64,000 nucleotides of DNA from a virus. The DNA lies in IMG/VR virus record IMGVR_UViG_3300008448_000056, positions 6,568 through 70,567 of that record; one strand, 5' to 3'. Below the pieces are notes generated by a model. The model searched no databases and was not told where the DNA came from. It saw only the letters and a list, made by a program, of their open reading frames with translations. Shown piece by piece: positions 1 to 7,450 of this stretch. A program made the translations under genes and the position numbers. Within the stretch, counting starts at the first letter, position 1, and each line of letters starts with the position of its first letter.

Positions 1-2
1 AT

Positions 3-323
3 TTAAAATGGCAAATCAGATTCATTTGGGATAATATTCTTCAAGTCAGAATTGCTGATTGAAGACTGGGTGTTCTTTTTTTCAATTGGCTTAAAGTTGC
101 CAACATAAACTTTCCCTTCTTTATCCTTAACTTCTTTTTTAGAATTCAATTGTAGCGAATGGCTATTATTGTATTTATCAAGCTCTGAGTTTTCCCAAAG
201 CAAAACATTACAATAAATCTTCCCATTACTAGCAATCTTAATAAAAGAACTGTGGCCGTTCTTTAATTGCTCTAACAAGTCTGTTACGCAGATGCTTCCT
301 GAATAAAGTTTGTTCTCTTTCAT
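3..323 (-). CDS. putative single-stranded DNA-binding protein
   Basis: Small protein ending in the acidic SSB-type tail ESDLPF, in the replication cluster; start placed at ATG 323 (MKENK). Confidence 0.5.
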   Translation of the reverse strand: MKENKLYSGSICVTDLLEQLKNGHSSFIKIASNGKIYCNVLLWENSELDKYNNSHSLQLNSKKEVKDKEGKVYVGNFKPIEKKNTQSSISNSDLKNIIPNESDLPF

Positions 324-333
324 TTTTGTTTTT

Positions 334-552
334 TTAATTATTATTATCAATTGTTAATCCAAGCTCAGATATAAGTGTTTGTACAATAGGGAAATCATGT
401 ATGATTTTCGTGGCTTGCAAGTTAATCTTAAATATCTTCTTAGCCATTTCATCTGATACTTCCCCTTCTACACCAGTTATTAGGTTTTTATACTTGTTGC
501 CACCTAAATACTGATATAGCTGATTGTTTTGTATGTTTCTAACTATTGCCAT
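334..552 (-). CDS. hypothetical protein
   Basis: 72-aa ORF packed in the operon. Confidence 0.6.
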   Translation of the reverse strand: MAIVRNIQNNQLYQYLGGNKYKNLITGVEGEVSDEMAKKIFKINLQATKIIHDFPIVQTLISELGLTIDNNN

Positions 553-791
553 TAGAAATAATCTTCACAGAGAATTGGTGTCATATCGCCAAGATGAGCC
601 CCGGCAATGTTAAATTCATAAAACTCTACAGCATCTTCTTCACTCATATCATTCATCAAATTCTTAATTATTGAATTTACAGAATATATAAGTCTCATTG
701 ATTTCAAATCAACACCAATTACCGCATTATCGTGACCATCAATTTTCAAAAACGTGTCATCGTCAAAAGCGTTTAAAATAGTTTCAAGCAT
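552..791 (-). CDS. conserved phage hypothetical protein
   Basis: DGHDNAVIG...MSEEDAVEFYEFNIAGA..G..TP pattern resembles a widespread small phage family; start at ATG 791 overlapping the upstream stop. Confidence 0.6.
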   Translation of the reverse strand: MLETILNAFDDDTFLKIDGHDNAVIGVDLKSMRLIYSVNSIIKNLMNDMSEEDAVEFYEFNIAGAHLGDMTPILCEDYF

Positions 792-1341
792 TTTTTCTTT
801 TTTCATAAATCCAACAGTTTTCTTTGTTTTTAATATTTGATTCTCCAAAAATCTCGTTTACAGCTTGTCTAACTCCATCTGAACTTTCATAATCATGTCC
901 AGCTATAACACCGTCATATTTTACTTTTACAAACCAAGAATTTATGTCAGTCTTTACACTTACATAATCATGAGCAGCATCAATAAAAACAAAATCTAAA
1001 GATTCATCTTTATAATATTTAGAAACTACCTTAGATTCTCCCTTTACCGGATTAACTATATGCCTAACTGGTTTTATATTAGCCAATAATTGACCGTATA
1101 TATTTTCATACTTATCCTCAGTTATATCTGATTGTGTTTTTGAATACTCAAATATATCTACACAATCAATTTTTATATTTTTATTAGAATTCAGTATTTC
1201 TACTGCCATATAACAAACACTTCTACCTTTCCAGCATCCAACTTCTACAAAATGTGCATTATCAAATCTCTCAACTATAGACTTATAAAAGTCTTTATAT
1301 GTAAACCAATCTTCTCCTATGTTTTGATAATAATGTTCCAT
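784..1341 (-). CDS. class I SAM-dependent methyltransferase (Methyltransf_24-like)
   Basis: VEVGCWKGRS motif I, LDFVFIDAAHDY, GVIAGHDY. Confidence 0.85.
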   Translation of the reverse strand: MEHYYQNIGEDWFTYKDFYKSIVERFDNAHFVEVGCWKGRSVCYMAVEILNSNKNIKIDCVDIFEYSKTQSDITEDKYENIYGQLLANIKPVRHIVNPVKGESKVVSKYYKDESLDFVFIDAAHDYVSVKTDINSWFVKVKYDGVIAGHDYESSDGVRQAVNEIFGESNIKNKENCWIYEKRKNA

Positions 1342-1342
1342 T

Positions 1343-3190
1343 TTAAAAATTTATATCAGTATTAGGTATTTCTTTCCATATCTCCTGCATAGTATAATTT
1401 GTATCCTGTTTTAGCTTTTTCAATTTAGCATAATCAGGGTCACAAGGCATATCTCCAGATGCCTCAACATACCTCTTTTTTGCCCAATTCAAAACTAATG
1501 GGAAATTGCCAAGTTTACCCCCAGTTCTTTTTCTTTTAAGCTTTTGTATGTATACATCAACGTCTGGACTATTTTTATCTTCATGAAACTTGGGTCTGTA
1601 ATAAGATATGATTTGGTCTGATTTATTGGCCCACATACTGCCCCCATGCAAATCGTAACTATCAGGAACGGGAAGTGAGCGGTCTTGGTTATACGTAGGA
1701 TTTTTGGGGTGTGCAATAATACAATATACTATGTTATTTAACAAAGCAAATCGTTTGATATCTTTTAAAACCCAGCTCAAATATTGGTCATCGCGCTCAT
1801 AAGCTTTTTGGGTTTTATCTAATTGATTGAATGGGTCAATCATAACACCATCAATACCCTTTTTCAGAATTAAATACCTAAACTTCTCATGTATAGATGC
1901 AATATCATGCTCATTCTCAGGATATACGTAGTATATGTGCTCAGATATGAACTTGCAGGCTTCTGTATATTCTTCTACTGTCATCTTATCTAGCCACTTC
2001 CCAGCATACATCTCAACCAAGTCATCATAAAAGTCATTTGGAGGGTAGTTTTCAGGGGAAAATATGGCCCACTTCCACCCGTCCCAAATTGATTTGGTTA
2101 ACATAAGCTGAAGCATAAAGAATGATTTGCCATGATTACCATACCCTGTACATAAAGTAATATCACCCTTCTTCCATCTAAAATATTCATCCATTGAATC
2201 AAATCTGGTTGTAGGAGCCAATTGAACACCTTCCTTAAATGCTTCAAGCATATCAGGGAAAATCTGCTCTAAGTAATAAACACCATCTACTGGGATAGAT
2301 GAAGAATTAAGTAATAAATTTATTACCTGTTCTTTTCCAAACTTCAACAATACTTCATTTAAGTCCTTACATCCTTCTGGGTATTCAACTACTCGGCATT
2401 TCTCAACACCAAGTCTTCTAACTAATTCATCTTTTAACTTTCTTCCCGCCTCATCACCATCTGCTGCAATAATAAATTCATCGATAGAAGAAAGCCATTC
2501 ACTGCAATTATCAAGATACTCTAATTGTTGATTCCCTTTACTAGCTCCATTGGGAACTGATAGTATTGCCCAACGGCCAAGTTCGTGTTCTACCACTTCC
2601 CCATCATCATCGGCGACTGGTTCGTATTCTTTTGAAAATCCACATTCATATGCAGCAAGCATATCCCATTCACCTTCGGTTATGATTGCACAATGTCTGC
2701 CATTTAAAGTTTGCATACCGAAAAATATCAATTCAGCATCTTTGACTAGACGAAAGTTTTTTGCACCATCACGATACTTTGCATTTACAATTTCACCATC
2801 ACGTATGTATGGGAACACAATGCATCTTTCTTTTTTCTGGGTTGCTGGCATCCATTCTTCACGACCATGTATAAAAAATTTTTTTAATGTTTCATGTGAA
2901 ATACCTCGGCTTGTTGCGTAGGCAATAATTCGGTCGTTAAGTTCGATGCTTGACAGCATCGATTTATCGGGTCTCAAATATTTTTTGGCAGACTCTTTTC
3001 TTTCAAAAGTTTTGACGTTACCTTTCCAACCACAATGATGGCAATTGTAAGTTCCCTCAGTCACATTAACGGATAAACAAGGGTCTTTTTTATTTCGGCG
3101 AGAATCTGAGCACTTTGGACAAACTGTTTTTTCTTGGCCACTACGGCGACGAATCTTAATCCCAAGTTTTGAGAGCTGGTTGTAGTACAT
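1343..3190 (-). CDS. DNA primase-helicase (T7 gp4/Twinkle-like)
   Basis: Zn finger CPKC...CHHC; TOPRIM ITEGEWD, DGDEAG, KDLNE; SF4 helicase Walker A GYGNHGKS, IDPFNQL, IAHPK. Confidence 0.93.
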   Translation of the reverse strand: MYYNQLSKLGIKIRRRSGQEKTVCPKCSDSRRNKKDPCLSVNVTEGTYNCHHCGWKGNVKTFERKESAKKYLRPDKSMLSSIELNDRIIAYATSRGISHETLKKFFIHGREEWMPATQKKERCIVFPYIRDGEIVNAKYRDGAKNFRLVKDAELIFFGMQTLNGRHCAIITEGEWDMLAAYECGFSKEYEPVADDDGEVVEHELGRWAILSVPNGASKGNQQLEYLDNCSEWLSSIDEFIIAADGDEAGRKLKDELVRRLGVEKCRVVEYPEGCKDLNEVLLKFGKEQVINLLLNSSSIPVDGVYYLEQIFPDMLEAFKEGVQLAPTTRFDSMDEYFRWKKGDITLCTGYGNHGKSFFMLQLMLTKSIWDGWKWAIFSPENYPPNDFYDDLVEMYAGKWLDKMTVEEYTEACKFISEHIYYVYPENEHDIASIHEKFRYLILKKGIDGVMIDPFNQLDKTQKAYERDDQYLSWVLKDIKRFALLNNIVYCIIAHPKNPTYNQDRSLPVPDSYDLHGGSMWANKSDQIISYYRPKFHEDKNSPDVDVYIQKLKRKRTGGKLGNFPLVLNWAKKRYVEASGDMPCDPDYAKLKKLKQDTNYTMQEIWKEIPNTDINF

Positions 3191-3261
3191 TACAAATATT
3201 TATTTGGCTAACGATTTTAAGGCGATTCTAGCCCCTCAAATTTTTGAGCGGGGTCTTGGTA

Positions 3262-4008
3262 TTACTTTTCATTTTGAGGCGAAATTTGGGCCGTTTCCGT
3301 GCGTCTGGTGCGATTGTGGTGCTCGGATTCAACCTCAGAAAGCGGTCTGGCCACCAAAAAGTCTTTTTTGAAGTGCCAGCTGTTCATCTGCCCGGAAGTC
3401 AGGAGTTTGATTTCGCGTTCGTCAAGCGGCTGGCAGGTTTCATCCTCGAAAACTACAACCCCAAATTTTGGCAAAAAATAGTGTCCAAAATCTTTGGGTA
3501 TGGGAAACCGTGGTTTGAGCTCCCGAAAAATCTCAACCTTTTCTTTTTCTTTTTTATTTATTTTTTCTTTTTCTTTTGGAGAATCCTTAGTTAGTACATT
3601 TCCTTTACTTTCCTTTACTTTCCTTTCCTTTATAGCATTGCGGTCGCTCTCCGGTCGCAATGCGTTCGCATTCGACCACCTGTAAGACGCTGATTCCCTT
3701 GCTTTTACAGATTTGAAATTTCTCTCATCTAATCGTCTTTTTACTGATTCCGAACCGAAAAAATTTCCCGAAATTTGGAACAAATCAAAATCCTGCACTA
3801 CGCTCGCAACAATGTCGCATTGCGTTCGCAAATCAAACGCAATGCCTTCGTAATCCGTTCGCAATGCGTTCGCATTATTGTATAAATCTTCGACAATTGA
3901 CCAGTAAATTCCGTACCCAATCATGCCGTGTCGACGTATCAAAATCTTGATTTTTTCGTCGTTTCTGGCGTTATAATCGTGGCTAAAATAGAAGGTTTGT
4001 TTTGCCAT
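3262..4008 (-). CDS. replication initiator-like protein (DUF4373/Lin1244 family N-terminus)
   Basis: YFSHDYNARNDEKI...GYGIYWSIVEDLY, Lys-rich linker, directly upstream of the helicase; start ATG 4008. Confidence 0.8.
   Translation of the reverse strand: MAKQTFYFSHDYNARNDEKIKILIRRHGMIGYGIYWSIVEDLYNNANALRTDYEGIAFDLRTQCDIVASVVQDFDLFQISGNFFGSESVKRRLDERNFKSVKARESASYRWSNANALRPESDRNAIKERKVKESKGNVLTKDSPKEKEKINKKEKEKVEIFRELKPRFPIPKDFGHYFLPKFGVVVFEDETCQPLDEREIKLLTSGQMNSWHFKKDFLVARPLSEVESEHHNRTRRTETAQISPQNEK
3540..3876. repeat. iteron-like repeats and pyrimidine/AT tract inside the initiator gene (candidate origin)
   Basis: CGCAATGCGTTCGCATT at 3656-3672 and 3860-3876; TGCGTTCGCA also at 3821-3830; TCCTTTACTT x2 at 3601-3620; T-rich tract 3541-3577. 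Confidence 0.6.
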
Positions 4009-4018
4009 AAAAAAAGGT

Positions 4019-4140
4019 GGCTTGCCTGCACTTTTGCTAAAGATATAATACACCAAAAATGGGGTAAAAATCTAGCGCAGGACAAGCCGTATTTTTAAAT
4101 AAATTAAATGAAAAAGTGGGCATATTATATGTCTTTAGCA
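4019..4140 (-). ncRNA. structured 5' leader (two interleaved helices) of the initiator gene
   Basis: 4140-4121 pairs with 4052-4035 and 4088-4074 pairs with 4032-4019; G-U wobbles fit the minus-strand RNA. Confidence 0.6.
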
Positions 4141-4144
4141 GCAT

Positions 4145-4172
4145 CAAAATTAATGGCGTGAGCAATACCAAA
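4145..4172 (-). promoter_or_regulatory. Bacteroidetes sigma70-type promoter
   Basis: TTTG-N16-TAATTTTG on the minus strand. Confidence 0.6.
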
Positions 4173-4179
4173 AAAATTT

Positions 4180-4389
4180 TTATTCACCCCCTTTATTTGC
4201 AAAATTTGGGAGCTCATTTAGTATCTTTTCCCACTTATTAATTCGGTCTGTAGAAGCGAACCCTTGGAAGTTTTCATCAAGTTCTTTAATAACCCATTTG
4301 CTTGCAAGTATTGAAGCTCTACGGGCTAATTCTACATCACCTAGTTCGATTACCATTTCCATAAAAATCCAAGCTGTTGTAGTTTCCAT
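4180..4389 (-). CDS. hypothetical protein
   Basis: 69-aa ORF with A-rich leader. Confidence 0.55.
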   Translation of the reverse strand: METTTAWIFMEMVIELGDVELARRASILASKWVIKELDENFQGFASTDRINKWEKILNELPNFANKGGE

Positions 4390-4406
4390 TATTGTTTGTT
4401 TTTTAA

Positions 4407-4817
4407 TTACCAGTTTTTAGTTATACCTAATTTAAATCCAAACCTCATATTCGTATTTTTTTCAATCATACACCCAATGGTTGCCATACCATCTAGATAA
4501 TAAATAGTCATTTCATAATCTTCTTTATTCTTGTCTACTAGTTTATATACTACAGTTACAACTCCAGTATCCTTAGTTGGACAGTTTGTTTTATACAAAA
4601 TAGGGAATTCGGTATCATTAATGTATAAGGAATTGTTGTATTCGTAAAAAAATATTTTTTCTGAAATAGTATTAACTAATTTTAAATTTTCAAACACATT
4701 TATTGTTTCAAAATAAGCTACATTCTTTTTAGGAGTTTGAATAGCAGATAAAAACTGCGCATCTAAGTTTAGATGAATAATGATGATTGCGCAAATTGAT
4801 AAGATTACTTTTTTCAT
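4407..4817 (-). CDS. putative exported protein
   Basis: MKKVILSICAIIIIHLNLDA|Q Sec-type signal peptide ending at Gln. Confidence 0.6.
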   Translation of the reverse strand: MKKVILSICAIIIIHLNLDAQFLSAIQTPKKNVAYFETINVFENLKLVNTISEKIFFYEYNNSLYINDTEFPILYKTNCPTKDTGVVTVVYKLVDKNKEDYEMTIYYLDGMATIGCMIEKNTNMRFGFKLGITKNW

Positions 4818-4831
4818 TGTTTTATTTTTGG

Positions 4832-5329
4832 TTATTGAAAATTTTTAAATGGGTCGTTATATTCTAGTATCTTTTGAAAAAAATCTGGTATTCGTGATGT
4901 TTCTTTAATATCTGGTGATATCATAACAAACCTGTCCGTAGCCTCTTTAAATATTGGCATTTTTCTAGCAGCCTCCCAATTATTATCGTATGTGCCGTGG
5001 CAATTACACCACTTCCCTAGAATCATATAATTAAGAGGATGTGTAGCCACTGAGGGAAATATTGACTTGGGGATGACGTGAGCTATACAGGCGTGCCAAT
5101 CCTGTTTATTATAATGTGCAAGCGATTCCCCGCAATTCCAACATTGCTTGTCTTCCCGGGCCATAATACCATCATACCATTTCTGTAGTTCAGAGGGAAG
5201 TCCTGCCTCTTTGAATTCTAGCTCTTGGGCAATCTTCTTCGCTGACTTCTTAGGGATACGGTACACCTTTTTCTGCTTTTCTGGCTTACCGTTCAGTTTT
5301 TGATTAAAGCGTTGTTCTAGGTAACTCAT
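4832..5329 (-). CDS. NinG/Rap-like His-Me finger nuclease
   Basis: CWNC, AHVIPKS, HPLN, CNCH pattern. Confidence 0.65.
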   Translation of the reverse strand: MSYLEQRFNQKLNGKPEKQKKVYRIPKKSAKKIAQELEFKEAGLPSELQKWYDGIMAREDKQCWNCGESLAHYNKQDWHACIAHVIPKSIFPSVATHPLNYMILGKWCNCHGTYDNNWEAARKMPIFKEATDRFVMISPDIKETSRIPDFFQKILEYNDPFKNFQ

Positions 5330-5333
5330 GATG

Positions 5334-5418
5334 CAAACATAAAGTATCTAAACAATCAAACCAAAATTTATTTGTTAAAAAAATTATTTTTTTTGTGATT
5401 CGTTTGCGCATATATTTG
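5334..5418. promoter_or_regulatory. divergent Bacteroidetes-type promoters
   Basis: TATGTTTG (minus, 5341-5334) and TATATTTG (plus, 5411-5418), each with an upstream TTTG, at the strand switch. Confidence 0.65.
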
Positions 5419-5508
5419 CAATTCATAGCAATCAAAACCGTTGTTTGGCAAGATTTCCCGCCTGTATTTCAATACTGGGCGGCATTTGTTAAAAAAAACT
5501 AAAAAATT

Positions 5509-5733
5509 ATGAGCATCGAAGCAACAATGACAATTGACGTAACTCCTACAGAAGAGGAAAAAGTTTGGGTAAAAGCATTAGCGTCTGGCGAAAAAGCTGG
5601 AGCAATCGCAGAGAAGCTTGGGATGAACCGCAATACGTTCGCATACCATTTGCGTTTTTTGCGTGCTAAATTTCAATGCAAAAACACAAACCAGCTTATT
5701 TCATATTTTTTACGAAATAATCTGATTGACTAA
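5509..5733 (+). CDS. LuxR-type HTH DNA-binding protein
   Basis: LASGEKAGAIAEKLGMNRNTFAYHLRFLRAKF...NTNQLI. Confidence 0.75.
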   Translation: MSIEATMTIDVTPTEEEKVWVKALASGEKAGAIAEKLGMNRNTFAYHLRFLRAKFQCKNTNQLISYFLRNNLID

Positions 5734-5771
5734 TGTGTAAATTCCCATTTAAAATAAAAATTGAAATTACA

Positions 5772-5984
5772 ATGAAAATTCGTTTAGAAAAACTGCAAAA
5801 AGAGCTATCTCGTGGAACTGCAAAAGAACAATTTGTTGCTCTTAAAGAATTGAAGGATTTTGTTCTAAAGTCCTTAGAGCAAGAGCAGGCTGGTCTTCAG
5901 GGAAGTGTTTCTGGAATTCAAGATTTGATTAATGAGATTAATGGCAACATTTACGGTAATGTGCCATCTGGTGGTGAAAATTAA
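5772..5984 (+). CDS. hypothetical coiled-coil protein
   Basis: ORF with heptad-like composition. Confidence 0.5.
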   Translation: MKIRLEKLQKELSRGTAKEQFVALKELKDFVLKSLEQEQAGLQGSVSGIQDLINEINGNIYGNVPSGGEN

Positions 5985-6223
5985 TTATTACTACCAGAAA
6001 TCAGTGTGTAAGCTGTTTCTGCTGCATAGTATATCGGGAATGGTGGTTGAGTTGTAACTATTTGTATTGCCGAATTGCAGGTTACTCCTTGGAATGTTTG
6101 TGTAGGGTTTAATGGTCTTATAATAACATTTCCCGGATTAAACCCCATTACAACTCCATAAGAGTCTGTAAAAGCTGGATTAGCTTGGTATGAATAGATT
6201 GAAGCAGTTATCAAATTTGCCAT
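5981..6223 (-). CDS. 80-aa protein, paralog of the N-terminal domain of 7451..10399
   Basis: About 47/80 identical residues by hand alignment. Confidence 0.75.
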   Translation of the reverse strand: MANLITASIYSYQANPAFTDSYGVVMGFNPGNVIIRPLNPTQTFQGVTCNSAIQIVTTQPPFPIYYAAETAYTLISGSNN

Positions 6224-6235
6224 TTAGCAAAAATA

Positions 6236-6264
6236 AAAAATCCGAGGTCAACCCCCGGATTTTT
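6236..6264. terminator. hairpin flanked by A/T tracts
   Basis: AAAAATCCG-N11-CGGATTTTT between two minus-strand genes. Confidence 0.55.
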
Positions 6265-6282
6265 CTAAAACCGATGAAAATG

Positions 6283-6549
6283 TTAAGCCAACGGAGCGTT
6301 AGCCAAAGCCAGAACTTGAGCAACGGTTTTGTCGGTAAAGAACTTGGTCGATACCTGATTCAAACCTTGAGGCAAAAGCTCAATTACGGAGTTACAGGTT
6401 ACGTTAGCCTGACCACGCTGTTGTGTGGTTGGGTAAACGTGAACGCCAAGAGATGGTAACAGATTGTACTGTCCGCCAGCAGCAGCAATTTCGGTTTGTC
6501 CGCCGGGGCCATCAATTCCGTAAACATAAACAGCAATAAGTTGTGCCAT
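6283..6549 (-). CDS. 88-aa protein, diverged member of the same domain family
   Basis: MAQLIAVYVY...VTCNSVI...FFTDKTV aligns with 5981..6223 (VTCNSAI). Confidence 0.7.
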   Translation of the reverse strand: MAQLIAVYVYGIDGPGGQTEIAAAGGQYNLLPSLGVHVYPTTQQRGQANVTCNSVIELLPQGLNQVSTKFFTDKTVAQVLALANAPLA

Positions 6550-6612
6550 GTTTTAAAATTTGATTGTGAAGAAAACTCTTCGCAAACGCTTGCGAAATAT
6601 CAATGTAAAATT

Positions 6613-7428
6613 ATGAATATCCCTTTAAAGTACAAAACATCGTCTCCGGCTGGAGATTTAATTAGTTTTTTGGCTGGTATCAAAAAAATGTGGGAAGACA
6701 CGGGACGAAAGGCTATTATATATCAGCGGGTAGGTATGCAGGGAATCGGGTATGATGGCAGTATACACCCTTTTCAAAATAGTGAAGGGGAACCTGTCTG
6801 TATGTCTGAGTATATGTTTGATATGCTAAAGCCATTAATTGAAGAACAGGAGTATGTTGAATCTTTTCTAATTTGGAAAGGGGAAGATTTTGATGTTGAT
6901 TTTGACTTGATAAGGCTTGAAAGATATACTAATCAACCCAAGGGTTCATTGAATAGATGGTTTAATTATGTCTTCCCACAGATGGCTTCGGACTTATCTA
7001 AGCCTTGGCTAACACTTCCCGAAACCATAAATTTTGCTTTTCCTTGGCAGGATAAGATTTTAATAAACTTTACGCAACGATATAGAAATTATGTAATTAC
7101 GTATCATTTTTTGAAGAAACATCAAAAAGACATAATGTTTTTGGGTCTTGCAAAAGAAAAAGACATTTTTTGTAAAACTTGGGACTTAGAACTTGACCAT
7201 TATCAACCTGATAATTTTTACCAATTAGCGCAAGCCATAAAAAATTGTAGATTCTTCTTGGGTAATCAAAGTTTTTGTTTTCAGTTGGCTGAAGCTTTAA
7301 AAACGCCAAGGATTTTAGAGACATTTACAATGATGCCAAATGTAATACCAATAGGTGAAAAAGCTTACGATTTCTATCATCAAGGCGGGGTTGAATACTA
7401 TTTTGAAAGACTTAACAAGGGCAAATAA
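6613..7428 (+). CDS. glycosyltransferase, GT-B/GT9-like
   Basis: AGDLI at the N-terminus; LAQAIKNCRFFLGNQSFCFQLAEALKTPRILE. Confidence 0.7.
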   Translation: MNIPLKYKTSSPAGDLISFLAGIKKMWEDTGRKAIIYQRVGMQGIGYDGSIHPFQNSEGEPVCMSEYMFDMLKPLIEEQEYVESFLIWKGEDFDVDFDLIRLERYTNQPKGSLNRWFNYVFPQMASDLSKPWLTLPETINFAFPWQDKILINFTQRYRNYVITYHFLKKHQKDIMFLGLAKEKDIFCKTWDLELDHYQPDNFYQLAQAIKNCRFFLGNQSFCFQLAEALKTPRILETFTMMPNVIPIGEKAYDFYHQGGVEYYFERLNKGK

Positions 7429-7450
7429 AAAATATTTGTAACTTTGGTTT

